From the NCBI GenBank assembly GCA_963702425.1, contig CAVPCQ010000003.1, positions 1 through 64,000 on the forward strand: a stretch of DNA of 64,000 nt, read 5' to 3'. Positions 1 through 8,631 of the stretch are shown here, in pieces (positions within the stretch are counted from its first letter, which is position 1; every line of letters starts with the position of its first letter). Made by a program: the position numbers and the translations under genes. The stretch comes from an uncultured Acidobacteriota bacterium (GTDB lineage Bacteria; Acidobacteriota; Polarisedimenticolia; J045). Under the pieces are notes generated by a model, which ran no database searches, had not been told where the DNA came from, and saw only the letters and a program-made list of their open reading frames with translations.

Positions 1-1061
1 ACGATCGTCGCGTTGGCGGCTTTGGCGGCTTCGGCGGTCGTGAAGGCCGGGTCGAGACGCCAGGTCGCCGGCAGCGGCAGACCGGTCAGGTCCTTCACGC
101 CGCCCGCGCCGCCGGTCACTTCGATCCGGTAGGAGGTGCTGGCGCGCAGCGGCTGGGCCGGGGAGATCATGACCTCGGTGCCGCCGATCGACAGGGCGAG
201 TGCGGCCTGCTCCACCGGCGCTCCGCCTGCGTCGAACAGGCGCACCGTGAGCGCGGTCACGCTCGCCGGATCGACCGGCTCGCTGAACGTGATCGACGGC
301 CGGATGTCCAGCGGAACGTTGGTCGTGCCGGGAGCCGGCGAGCTGCTGGCCACCAACGGTACGTCGTTGGTCTGCGGCGTGAGCACCTCGAGTCCCTGCT
401 CGAGGGTTCCGAAGACCTGTGGACGAACGCTCGGATCGTCCCACGACACATCGGCGTTCTTGACCGTCAGCGCCGACCAGCCTGGCTGGGCGTCGGGCAG
501 CGCCTCGACGCGCACGCGGACCTGCCCGCAGGCGTCGTAGAACACCCCCAGGACTCGCAGGCCGGGGTGCGAGAACTCGATCGTCGCTCCCCGGTGACGG
601 AGGTCGCCCGGGACGCCAGGGTCGAAGTTCATGCCGGTGACGGTGAGGAGTGCCGTTTCGCCCGGCTGGATCGAGCGCGGCCGCGAGTCCGTGACGACCG
701 GACGCGGCCAGCCCATCACGATGTTGCTCGCCTCGGTGCTCTCGAGCCCGCCCCCGTCGTAGGCGCGGACGGAGAGGTACCAGGTCGCGCAGTCGGCCAG
801 CCCGTCGATGGTCGCTTCGGGGACGAGCCCGGCGTCCGAAACGGCCGTCATCGCGGTCGGCGCGAGGCCGTAGTAGACGCGGTAGCCCATGAGGTCGGGG
901 TCGACCACCGGGTCCCACACCATCGAGACCGTCCCGGCAGAAGCGAGAGCGCACGCCAGGAGGGCCAGGGCGAGGACCAACAGAAGCCGTCCGGGAACGC
1001 TGAGGAAGCCGGTCCTTCTCGGCCTGTCGCAGCGACCGCGATTTCCGTGCCTGGAGCTCAT
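1..1061 (-). CDS. Secreted FN3 + Ig-like (IPT) + Big_5/SbsA-type Ig-domain protein, 3' end outside window
   Basis: Not in the ORF track because there is no stop in the window; translated by hand from ATG 1061. Signal-like RLLLVLALALLACALASA, then GTVSMVWDPVVDPDLMGYRVYYG...TWYLSVRAYDGGGLESTEASN (FN3), ETALLTVTGMNFD (IPT-like), PAPGTTNVPLDIRPSITFSEPVDPASV (Big_5-like). Collinear paralogue of 1323..2636. Confidence 0.85.
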   Translation of the reverse strand, partial: MSSRHGNRGRCDRPRRTGFLSVPGRLLLVLALALLACALASAGTVSMVWDPVVDPDLMGYRVYYGLAPTAMTAVSDAGLVPEATIDGLADCATWYLSVRAYDGGGLESTEASNIVMGWPRPVVTDSRPRSIQPGETALLTVTGMNFDPGVPGDLRHRGATIEFSHPGLRVLGVFYDACGQVRVRVEALPDAQPGWSALTVKNADVSWDDPSVRPQVFGTLEQGLEVLTPQTNDVPLVASSSPAPGTTNVPLDIRPSITFSEPVDPASVTALTVRLFDAGGAPVEQAALALSIGGTEVMISPAQPLRASTSYRIEVTGGAGGVKDLTGLPLPATWRLDPAFTTAEAAKAANATI

Positions 1062-1110
1062 GCCATACCCCGTACCGATCCCCGCGACCCGAGGGCTTCC
1101 ATTGCGGTTG

Positions 1111-1126
1111 TGCAATCGCCGTTCCA
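1111..1126 (-). promoter_or_regulatory. Sigma-54 (-24/-12) promoter
   Basis: Minus strand TGGAAC-ggcga-TTGCA, 50 bp upstream of ATG 1061; matches TGGCAC-N5-TTGC with correct GG/GC spacing. Confidence 0.75.
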
Positions 1127-1163
1127 TGCGTGGCGTCCCATGGAGAAGCCGGCTGACGTGGGT

Positions 1164-1176
1164 CAAGTGATTGATT
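1164..1176 (-). promoter_or_regulatory. IHF binding site
   Basis: Minus strand AATCAA-tcac-TTG is an exact WATCAA-N4-TTR match, 38 bp upstream of the sigma-54 -24 box, in an otherwise GC-rich region. Confidence 0.6.
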
Positions 1177-1194
1177 CGCAAGCGGATTGCACCG

Positions 1195-1290
1195 CCGGAA
1201 AAGGGCTCGAGCCGGGCCCGATCGAAAGCTCGGCCCGGCTCGATTGCAATTCCGTCATCGGGGTGACGGGGGGCGGCGGTCCGCCCCCCG
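1195..1290 (-). terminator. Two stem-loops downstream of the 1323..2636 gene (probable terminator or 3' stabiliser)
   Basis: Perfect 10-bp stem 1267-1276/1281-1290 with a 4-nt loop, and perfect 12-bp stem 1207-1218/1232-1243 followed on the minus strand by GCCCTTTT. Confidence 0.5.
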
Positions 1291-1322
1291 ACCTTCCCGC
1301 TGGCCATCCTTGGCCCCGCCGC

Positions 1323-2636
1323 CTACCTGGTGTCCGAGCGGCGGTTGTTGGTCGGCGCCCGCGGCGGCAGGTTCTCGGTCGTGAAGCCCGTCCCCTGCGT
1401 GTAAGTGCTCGCGAGCGGGTTGCCGGCCCGATCCTTCGCACGGGGATCGGTGCTGCCACCGACGACGCGGATCCTGTAGGTCGACGTCTCCAGCAGAGAG
1501 GCAGCCGGCGTGATCGTCGCCGTCAGGCCGTCGGCCGACAGGGCCGGCGAACCTGCCGCCTGCGCCACCGGCGTTCCGGAGGAGTTGAGCAGCTGCACCG
1601 TGCTGGTCGTGATCGTCGCCGCGTCCATCGCCTCGCTGAAGATGACCTGCGGCCGGACGGTGACCACGACATTGGTCGCGCCATCGGCGGGGTTGGTGCC
1701 GCTGACCGTAGGCGCCGTGGTGTCGGGTGCGGCAGCCGTCGTGAACCCCGGGCTCTGCGTGTAGTCGGAGGCCATCGTCTTGCCGGTGCTGTCCTTCACG
1801 CCCGAGGCCCCACCGATGACGTTGACGCGGTAGGTCCTCGAGTAGCCGAGGTTGCTGGACGGGGTGATCGTCGCGGTCAGGCCGTCGCCCGAGAGGCTCG
1901 GCGAGCCGGCCGCCTGCGACGCTGCGGCACCGGTCGAGTCGAGCAGGCGTACGGTCGACGTGGTGATCGACGCCGGGTCCATCCGCTCGCTGAAGGTCAC
2001 CGTGGGCCGGACGGTCACCGCGATGTTGGTCGCGCCCGCCGTCGGGTTGGTCGAGGCGACGGTCGGCGCGGCGTTCGTGGTCACGGTGAAGCCGCCGGTC
2101 CTCGTGCCGTAGGAACGATCGACGTTCATCACGGTGACGTCGCGTGCACCGGTCGGCGCCGCGGCGGCGATCTGGATGTCCACCGAGAGCTGCGTGCAGG
2201 AGTTCCGTCGCACGGCGAGGACCGTGATCCCGCTCCCGGAGAACTCCACCGTGGCGCCGGTGTCGTAGGACTCACCGCCCAGCGTCAGCGTCAGCGTCGC
2301 GCCCTGTTCGCCGGAGGACGGCGTTACGGTGTTCACCACCGGGCGCGGTAGCCCGGCGATCTCGTTCGAATAGGACGTCGATTCGAGTCCGCCGGTGTCA
2401 TACGCCTTCACCGCCACGTAGTAGCGGGTGCAGGGATCGAGGCCCGTGAGGGTCGTCGAGGTCGTGTTCCCGACGTCCCTGCTGAGGGGATAATTGCCGG
2501 GAGTGGTGCCGTAATAGACCTTGTAGCCGGCGAGATCGCCATCGGAGACGGGGTCCCACGCGATCCCCATCGTGCCGGCGTACAGCCACCCCGTTGCCGC
2601 GAGCAGGACTGCCAGGGTCGTGACCAACCTTCTCAT
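1323..2636 (-). CDS. Secreted FN3 + IPT/Ig + 2x Big_5 (SbsA Ig-like) domain protein
   Basis: Likely start MRRLVTTLAVLLAATGWLYA (signal peptide; GAGAGGGA upstream). FN3 GIAWDPVSDGDLAGYKVYYG...YYVAVKAYD..GLES; two repeats of APTVxxTNPxxGATNxxVTVRPxVxFSExMD; Thr/Ser-rich. Confidence 0.9.
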   Translation of the reverse strand: MRRLVTTLAVLLAATGWLYAGTMGIAWDPVSDGDLAGYKVYYGTTPGNYPLSRDVGNTTSTTLTGLDPCTRYYVAVKAYDTGGLESTSYSNEIAGLPRPVVNTVTPSSGEQGATLTLTLGGESYDTGATVEFSGSGITVLAVRRNSCTQLSVDIQIAAAAPTGARDVTVMNVDRSYGTRTGGFTVTTNAAPTVASTNPTAGATNIAVTVRPTVTFSERMDPASITTSTVRLLDSTGAAASQAAGSPSLSGDGLTATITPSSNLGYSRTYRVNVIGGASGVKDSTGKTMASDYTQSPGFTTAAAPDTTAPTVSGTNPADGATNVVVTVRPQVIFSEAMDAATITTSTVQLLNSSGTPVAQAAGSPALSADGLTATITPAASLLETSTYRIRVVGGSTDPRAKDRAGNPLASTYTQGTGFTTENLPPRAPTNNRRSDTR

Positions 2637-2706
2637 CGTTTCCCTCTCGGACCCCAAGTGCGGGCCGGCCGTCCCCCGAGACAAGCCGCCTCGACAGCGT
2701 TGCTGT

Positions 2707-2722
2707 ATCAAGGCCCGTGCCA
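2707..2722 (-). promoter_or_regulatory. Sigma-54-like promoter
   Basis: Minus strand TGGCAC-gggcc-TTGAT, 70 bp upstream of ATG 2636; perfect -24 box, -12 box is TTGA rather than TTGC. Confidence 0.6.
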
Positions 2723-2930
2723 CCCGAGGTTTCTCGTGGGCGTGCTCTGAACCTGCCTTTCTTGCTAGACTTAACTCGCCAGGTGGCGCGCCCCAGGCGC
2801 TTCTCGTACCTTCGGGCCGCCCAAATTCGGCGCCCGCATGACGATTCCGTTTCCGGGTGACCGCGGCGGTCGAACCCTCGGATCGAATGAAATCAGCCCG
2901 GCCGTGAGGGCCGCGGGAGAGGAGAGGCCG

Positions 2931-3311
2931 ATGGCCATGGGTTCGCTGGAGCCGACACCTTTCCCGGAGGTCCGCGTGGTCGCCAAGCCCTGGGGACGGG
3001 AGGATTGGCTCGTCGTGGGCGAGCGGATCGTGATGAAGCGCCTGGTCGTCTTCGCCGGGAAGCGCTTCTCGCTGCAGTACCACGAGCGCAAGGAGGAGGC
3101 GTGGCTCTTCGTCCGGGGTCGCGCGAGGGTCACCCTGGCGGAGCGCGAGACCGAGATCGGGCCGGGAGCCGTGATCCACGTGCGGCCGGGAACCGTGCAC
3201 CGGGTGGAGGCGCTCGAGGAGGCCGAGTTCATCGAGGTCAGCACGCCCGAGCTGGAAGACGTCGTCCGGCTGGCGGACGATTTCGGGCGGCCGGAGCGGG
3301 ACGCACGGTGA
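2931..3311 (+). CDS. Cupin-domain protein (mannose-6-phosphate isomerase type II C-terminal-like)
   Basis: GGAGAGGAGAGG RBS before ATG 2931; motifs KPWG, SLQYHERKEE, PGTVHRVEA, EVSTP; directly upstream of PMM. Confidence 0.8.
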   Translation: MAMGSLEPTPFPEVRVVAKPWGREDWLVVGERIVMKRLVVFAGKRFSLQYHERKEEAWLFVRGRARVTLAERETEIGPGAVIHVRPGTVHRVEALEEAEFIEVSTPELEDVVRLADDFGRPERDAR

Positions 3312-3372
3312 TGCGCGGACCAGGGCGCCGGCCACGGCATCTCCCGATGGAGTCCCTCGACGTGGAGACGGG

Positions 3373-4707
3373 ATGACGCTCGCCGAGATCTTCAAGGCCT
3401 ACGACGTACGCGGGGCCTACCCCGACGCTCTCGACGAGCGGATCGCCGAGGCGATCGGCCGCGCGATCGCGGTCCACCTGCGCCCGGCGGGGGCGCTGGT
3501 CGGCCACGACATGCGCGGATCGTCCCCGCCGCTGGCGGCGGCGCTGGTCGAGGGGCTCGCGGCGCAGGGAGTCGACGTCACTTTCATCGGCCTCGCCTCC
3601 TCGCCGCTGGTCTACTTCGCCGGGCGCGAGTTCGACGCCTCGATCGTCGTCACCGCGTCGCACAACCCGCTGCCCGACAACGGGATGAAGATCTGCGGCC
3701 CTGGCGCGCTGCCGATCGGCGGCGCTTCCGGCCTGTTCGAGATCCGGAGGCTCGTCGAGCAGAGCGCTTTTCCGGCCGCGGCGCGGCACGGGCGCGTCGT
3801 CGAGGCCGCCCCGCGCGCCGCGTTCGTCGAGGCCTCGCTCCGCGCACTCGAGGTCCGGCGCCCGGTCCGGGTCGTCGTCGACGCCGGCAACGGCATCGGC
3901 GGCCCGGACTACGCCGAGCTGATGCGGCGCGACACGCCGCTCGCGATCGTTCCGCTCTACTTCGAGCCGGACGACAGCTTTCCGCACCACCACCCGAACC
4001 CGCTCGACTTCGCCACGCTCGACGACCTGCGCCGGACGGTGGTCGCCGAGCGGGCCGACCTGGGGCTGGCGCTCGACGGCGACGCCGACCGCTGCGTGTT
4101 CGTCGACGAGACCGGGGAGATCGTTCCGGCCGACCTGGCGACCGCCCTGATGGCCCAGGACGTCCTGGCCCACCGGCCGGGGGCGACGATCCTCTACGAC
4201 GTGCGCTCCTCGCGCGCGGTGGCGGAGGAGATCGAGCGCGGCGGGGGGCGGGCGGTCGAAAGTCGCGTCGGTCACGCCTACATGAAGCGCACGCTGGCCG
4301 AGCTCGGCGGCGCGTTCGGGGGGGAGCTGTCGGGGCACTACTACTTCGACGCACCCTCCTTCGCCGAGAACACGCTGCGCGCCCTGTGCGCGATCGTGAA
4401 CCTGCTCGACCGGCGGGGCACGACGCTCTCGGAGGCGATGCGGCCGCTCCGGCGTTACGCACAGAGCGGCGAGATCAACGTCCGCGTGCCGGCGGTCGCG
4501 CCGGTGCTCGAGCGGCTCGAGGCGGCCTTCCCCGGCGGCGACGTCTCCCGGCTCGACGGGCTGAAGGTCGCCTTCGACGACTGGTGGTTCAACGCCCGGC
4601 CGTCGAACACCGAGCCGCTGCTGCGGCTGGTGATCGAGGGGAACGACGTCGCCACCATGGAGCGCCGGCGCGAGCAGGTGATGGCGGCCGTGCAGGGGGC
4701 GGCGTGA
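3373..4707 (+). CDS. manB: Phosphomannomutase/phosphoglucomutase
   Basis: IFKAYDVRG, VTASHNP (catalytic Ser), DGDADR (metal loop), GGELSGH, RPSNTEP. Confidence 0.92.
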   Translation: MTLAEIFKAYDVRGAYPDALDERIAEAIGRAIAVHLRPAGALVGHDMRGSSPPLAAALVEGLAAQGVDVTFIGLASSPLVYFAGREFDASIVVTASHNPLPDNGMKICGPGALPIGGASGLFEIRRLVEQSAFPAAARHGRVVEAAPRAAFVEASLRALEVRRPVRVVVDAGNGIGGPDYAELMRRDTPLAIVPLYFEPDDSFPHHHPNPLDFATLDDLRRTVVAERADLGLALDGDADRCVFVDETGEIVPADLATALMAQDVLAHRPGATILYDVRSSRAVAEEIERGGGRAVESRVGHAYMKRTLAELGGAFGGELSGHYYFDAPSFAENTLRALCAIVNLLDRRGTTLSEAMRPLRRYAQSGEINVRVPAVAPVLERLEAAFPGGDVSRLDGLKVAFDDWWFNARPSNTEPLLRLVIEGNDVATMERRREQVMAAVQGAA

Positions 4708-4958
4708 GCGGCCCAGCGAGACGCGACGCGCTGGCCGCGCTGCTGCGCGAGGTGCTGCCGGGCGGCCTGCCGCCGGACTGGGCCGATGAGCGTCCGCTGG
4801 TCGAGGCCGGCCTCGACTCGGTAGGCGTGCTGACCCTCGTCGCGGAACTCGAGGCGCGGCTCGAGCTGCGGCTCGACGGCGCGGACCTGACGGCGGAGAA
4901 CTTCGGCACGCTCGGCGCGCTCACCGCGCTCGTGGCGCGCCGCGCGGAGGGCTCGTGA
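4704..4958 (+). CDS. Acyl/peptidyl carrier protein
   Basis: GTG overlapping the PMM stop; GLDSVG phosphopantetheine motif; LTAENFGTL; 84 aa. Confidence 0.85.
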   Translation: MSGPARRDALAALLREVLPGGLPPDWADERPLVEAGLDSVGVLTLVAELEARLELRLDGADLTAENFGTLGALTALVARRAEGS

Positions 4959-6502
4959 CCGGCGAGCCGTGGCTGGTCCACCAGTTCGTCGAGCGCGCAG
5001 CCGAGCGACGCCCCGAGGCCCCGTTCCTGGTCCAGGAAGGGACGACGACGACCTACGGCGAGGTCGAGGCCGGCGCCAACCGGATCGCGCGCCTGCTGCG
5101 GGGGCACCGGATCGGGCGCGGCGAGCGGGTCGGCCTGCTGGCGCACAACTCGCGGACCTACGTCGAGGCGTATTACGGGATCCTGAAATCGGGCGCGATC
5201 GCGGTGCCGCTCAACACGGCCGCCGACGGCCCGACGCTGCGCGGCTTCCTCGAGGACTGCGGCGCGCGCGCACTGATCGCCGGCCCGCGCTTCGAGAAGG
5301 CGGTCTCCCAGGCGATCGGCGCGCTGCCCGACCTCGGCCTGCTCCTGGTCCCCGACACCGCGCGCATCGAGCCGGTGCCGGCGCACATCCACGCCCTGCC
5401 CCTGGCCGACGCCGCGGCGGCAGAGCGCGCGGAGCGGCCCGACGCCGGGCTCGTCGACCTCGACGTCGCCTCGATCATCTACACCTCGGGCAGCACCGGG
5501 CGGCCGCGCGGTGCGGTCCTCTCGCACCTGAACCTGGTCGCCAACACGCGCTCGATCGTGAGCTACCTCGGGCTGACGGCGGAGGACAAGGTTCTCGACG
5601 TGCTCCCCTTCTACTACGTCTACGGCAAGTCGCTGCTCAACACGCACGCGCTGGCCGGGGGCTGCGTCGCGGTCGAGAACCGGTTCCTGTTCCCGAACAC
5701 CGCGCTCGACACGCTCGAGGACGAGGCCTGCACCGGGCTGTCGGGGGTCCCGTCGACCTTCGCGATCCTGCTCAACCGCTCCAACCTCGCTGGGCGCCGG
5801 CTCTCCGCGCTGCGCTACGTGACACAGGCCGGCGGCGGGATGAGCCCGGAGCTGACCCGGCGCCTGGTCGCGGCGCTCCCCGGCAAGCGGATCTTCGTGA
5901 TGTACGGCGCGACTGAGGCCGGCGCGCGGCTGTCGTGGCTCGATCCCGACCGCCTGGCGGAGAAGCTGGGCTCGATCGGCCGCGCGATCCCGAACGTCGA
6001 GCTGACGGTGCGCGCCGAGGACGGCCGCGAGTGCGAGGTCGACGAGGTCGGCGAGATCTGCGCCCGCGGCTCGAACATCATGAGCGGCTACTGGGGCGAC
6101 CCCGGGGAGACGGCGAAGGTCCTCGACCGCGCCGGCTACCATACCGGCGACCTCGGCCGGCGCGACGCCGACGGCTTCTTCTGGGTCGTCGGCCGCAGCA
6201 AGGACATGATCAAGGCGGGCGCACACCGGATCTCGCCCAAGGAGATCGAGGACGCGATGCTGGAGTTCCCCGAGGTCCACGAGGCGGCGGTGATCGGCGT
6301 ACCGGACGAGATCCTCGGCGAGGCGATCAAAGCCTTCGTCGTCTTCCGGCCCGGCACGACGCCCGACCTCGAGGCGCTCAAGCTGTTCCTCGGCAGGCGG
6401 CTGCCGCCCTACAAGCTTCCCGGCCAGTACGCGGTCCGCGAGGACCTTCCCAAGAACGAGTCCGGCAAGATCATGAAGCAGGCGCTGCGCGAGCAGGCCT
6501 GA
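4955..6502 (+). CDS. AMP-forming acyl-CoA/carrier-protein ligase (class I adenylate-forming enzyme)
   Basis: IIYTSGSTGRPRG, MYGATE, HTGDLG, GRSKDMIK, LPKNESGK; coupled to the ACP. Confidence 0.92.
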   Translation: MTGEPWLVHQFVERAAERRPEAPFLVQEGTTTTYGEVEAGANRIARLLRGHRIGRGERVGLLAHNSRTYVEAYYGILKSGAIAVPLNTAADGPTLRGFLEDCGARALIAGPRFEKAVSQAIGALPDLGLLLVPDTARIEPVPAHIHALPLADAAAAERAERPDAGLVDLDVASIIYTSGSTGRPRGAVLSHLNLVANTRSIVSYLGLTAEDKVLDVLPFYYVYGKSLLNTHALAGGCVAVENRFLFPNTALDTLEDEACTGLSGVPSTFAILLNRSNLAGRRLSALRYVTQAGGGMSPELTRRLVAALPGKRIFVMYGATEAGARLSWLDPDRLAEKLGSIGRAIPNVELTVRAEDGRECEVDEVGEICARGSNIMSGYWGDPGETAKVLDRAGYHTGDLGRRDADGFFWVVGRSKDMIKAGAHRISPKEIEDAMLEFPEVHEAAVIGVPDEILGEAIKAFVVFRPGTTPDLEALKLFLGRRLPPYKLPGQYAVREDLPKNESGKIMKQALREQA

Positions 6503-6530
6503 CCCTTCGCCCGGCCACAGGAGACGCGAA

Positions 6531-7514
6531 ATGCCGTTGTCGCCCGACGCGATCAGGATCGACCCCGCCGCCGAAACGGAGCGGCTCTGCCAGGTCATCG
6601 TCAAACAGGTGCGCGGTGATCTCAAGCGCGCGGGAGGCGTGGTGGGCGTCTCCGGCGGCGTGGACTCCGCGGTCGTGCTGTGCCTGGCTGCGCGCGCCCT
6701 GGGCCCGCAGAAGGTGCTCGGCGTGATGATGCCCGACCGGCACTCCAACCCCGAATCGGAAGCCCTGGCGCGCGAGCTGGGAGCGAAGCTCGGGATCGAG
6801 ATGATCAAGGAGGACGTCACGCCGGCGCTCGAGGGACTCGGTTGCTACCGCCACCAGACCGACGCCGTCCGGCGCGTCTTTCCGGCCTTCGACCCCGATC
6901 GCGACCGCTTCAAGATCCACCTGCCCCCCGGGGTCCTCGATGAGGACCGGCTGAACTACTTCCTGCTGACGGTCGAGTTCGCGGACGGACGCGTGGCGAC
7001 CGAGCGTCTGGGGCCGAAGGAGCTGCTGCAGATCGTCGCCGCGACGAACCTGAAGCAGCGCTCGCGCACGGCGACGCTCTACTACTGGGCCGAGGCGCTC
7101 AACCGCGCCGTCATCGGCACCTGCAACCGCAACGAGTGGGTCGTCGGGTTCATCGTCAAGCACGGCGACATCGCGGTCGACCTCAAGCCGATCCAGCACC
7201 TCTACAAGACGCAGGTCTACGCGCTGGCCGACTACCTCGGGGTGCCGCAGGGGATCACCGCCCGCCCGCCGTCGTCCGACACCTACTCCGCGGCGCAGAC
7301 GCAGGAGGAGTTCTTCTTCTCGCTCCCCTTCCCGCTGCTCGACCTGATGCTCTACGCCTGGGAGCACGGCGTGCCGGCCGAGCAGGCCGCGCCGGTGGTC
7401 GGGCTGACGGCCGAGCAGGTGACGCGCGCCTACCGCGATCTCACCACCAAGAACCGCACGACCGACCACATGCGGCACATGCCGCTCAACGCGGCGCCGC
7501 GGCAGGCGGGCTAG
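6531..7514 (+). CDS. nadE: NH3-dependent NAD+ synthetase-like protein (NadE paralogue)
   Basis: VVGVSGGVDSAV PP-loop, NLKQRSR, GTCNRNE..GFIVKHGD, LYKTQVY, QEEFFF. Confidence 0.85.
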   Translation: MPLSPDAIRIDPAAETERLCQVIVKQVRGDLKRAGGVVGVSGGVDSAVVLCLAARALGPQKVLGVMMPDRHSNPESEALARELGAKLGIEMIKEDVTPALEGLGCYRHQTDAVRRVFPAFDPDRDRFKIHLPPGVLDEDRLNYFLLTVEFADGRVATERLGPKELLQIVAATNLKQRSRTATLYYWAEALNRAVIGTCNRNEWVVGFIVKHGDIAVDLKPIQHLYKTQVYALADYLGVPQGITARPPSSDTYSAAQTQEEFFFSLPFPLLDLMLYAWEHGVPAEQAAPVVGLTAEQVTRAYRDLTTKNRTTDHMRHMPLNAAPRQAG

Positions 7515-7671
7515 CGCGCGAGCGATTCCCGTTTACTTGCCGTGGGGTTATCATGAAAGCGGTCGTCGGGCCCGGGGGCGGGTTGTCACGGCGTTCCCGG
7601 CCCGAGCCGCCCGGCGGCCCGAGTGGCGCGTCCGCCGCCCTCGACGAGTCGGCTTCGGGCGAGGAGATCTC

Positions 7672-8571
7672 ATGCAGCACGGCAGCGTGCTCCGCGGGGG
7701 TGGTCGACTTCGTGTCCTGTGCGTGCTGGCGTTTGCGCTGGCAGTGGCGGGCACGGCCGTGGCCGGTCCCGGCGCGGTCTGTCCGGACGAGGACATGCGC
7801 GCCTACGAGCTGCGGTTCCTGGAGATCACGCCGGCCGGCCCGATCGAGACGGCCGGCCCCCCGGTGGTCGCGCTCGGCAGCGCGGCGCTCGACGCCGACG
7901 GCCTGGCGCGGCTGGCGGCGCGCTTCGGCGGGAAACAGGCCAGCGGGATGGCCTGGGGCTACCTGCTCACCACCGCGCCGGGGGATGAGCTCAACTTCCA
8001 CGGCGACGTCCCATCCCCGTCGGGGCGGCGGATCAGCGTCCACGGCGGCCCCGGCAGCGATCCGAGCCGCCACGCGGTCAAGGTCGAGACCGCCGACACG
8101 AATGCGCTGGTCGAGCTGAGCGACGGCGAGACCCGCGCCTTCCTCGTCGCCGAGAGCGACAAGGGGCGCGTCGTGGCGCTCCTCACCGCCGGTCCCTGCG
8201 GCCCCTTCGGCCTGCTCGCCGAGTCGGCCGGACCGTGCGCGGCGAACGCCCGCTCCGGCGTCGTCCCCCCCGCCCTGGTGAGCAACCCGACGCAGGCCAA
8301 GCCCGGCACGCACCGCTACGTGAACGTCAAAGTCTCCGGCCGGGGACTGGTGCGGCTGGTGGTCACGGAGAGCGGTGCGATCCGCGATCCCCTCCTCATG
8401 GTCGATCGGATGAACGCCGCCGAGGTGGCGCGCGCGCTGGCGATGACGCTGGAAGGCCGGCAATACACGCCCGCCACGGAAGGGGGCCGGCCGATCGCGT
8501 ATTGCCTGGTCGATGCGGTCGCTCCGTTCGCTGCGCCGACGGGGGCGCGCTCGACGCCCCAGGTGCGCTGA
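7672..8571 (+). CDS. Hypothetical exported protein with possible TonB-C-like C-terminus
   Basis: GAGGAG RBS; signal peptide LRVLCVLAFALAVAGTAVA; C-terminal GLVRLVVTESGAI...QYTPATEGGRPI resembles TonB C-terminal domains. Confidence 0.6.
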   Translation: MQHGSVLRGGGRLRVLCVLAFALAVAGTAVAGPGAVCPDEDMRAYELRFLEITPAGPIETAGPPVVALGSAALDADGLARLAARFGGKQASGMAWGYLLTTAPGDELNFHGDVPSPSGRRISVHGGPGSDPSRHAVKVETADTNALVELSDGETRAFLVAESDKGRVVALLTAGPCGPFGLLAESAGPCAANARSGVVPPALVSNPTQAKPGTHRYVNVKVSGRGLVRLVVTESGAIRDPLLMVDRMNAAEVARALAMTLEGRQYTPATEGGRPIAYCLVDAVAPFAAPTGARSTPQVR

Positions 8572-8631
8572 CCGACGCTCCCGCTCGCCGCGGAGCGCCC
8601 CGTGGGCGCGCAGGGACGGTATCCTGTGGGC

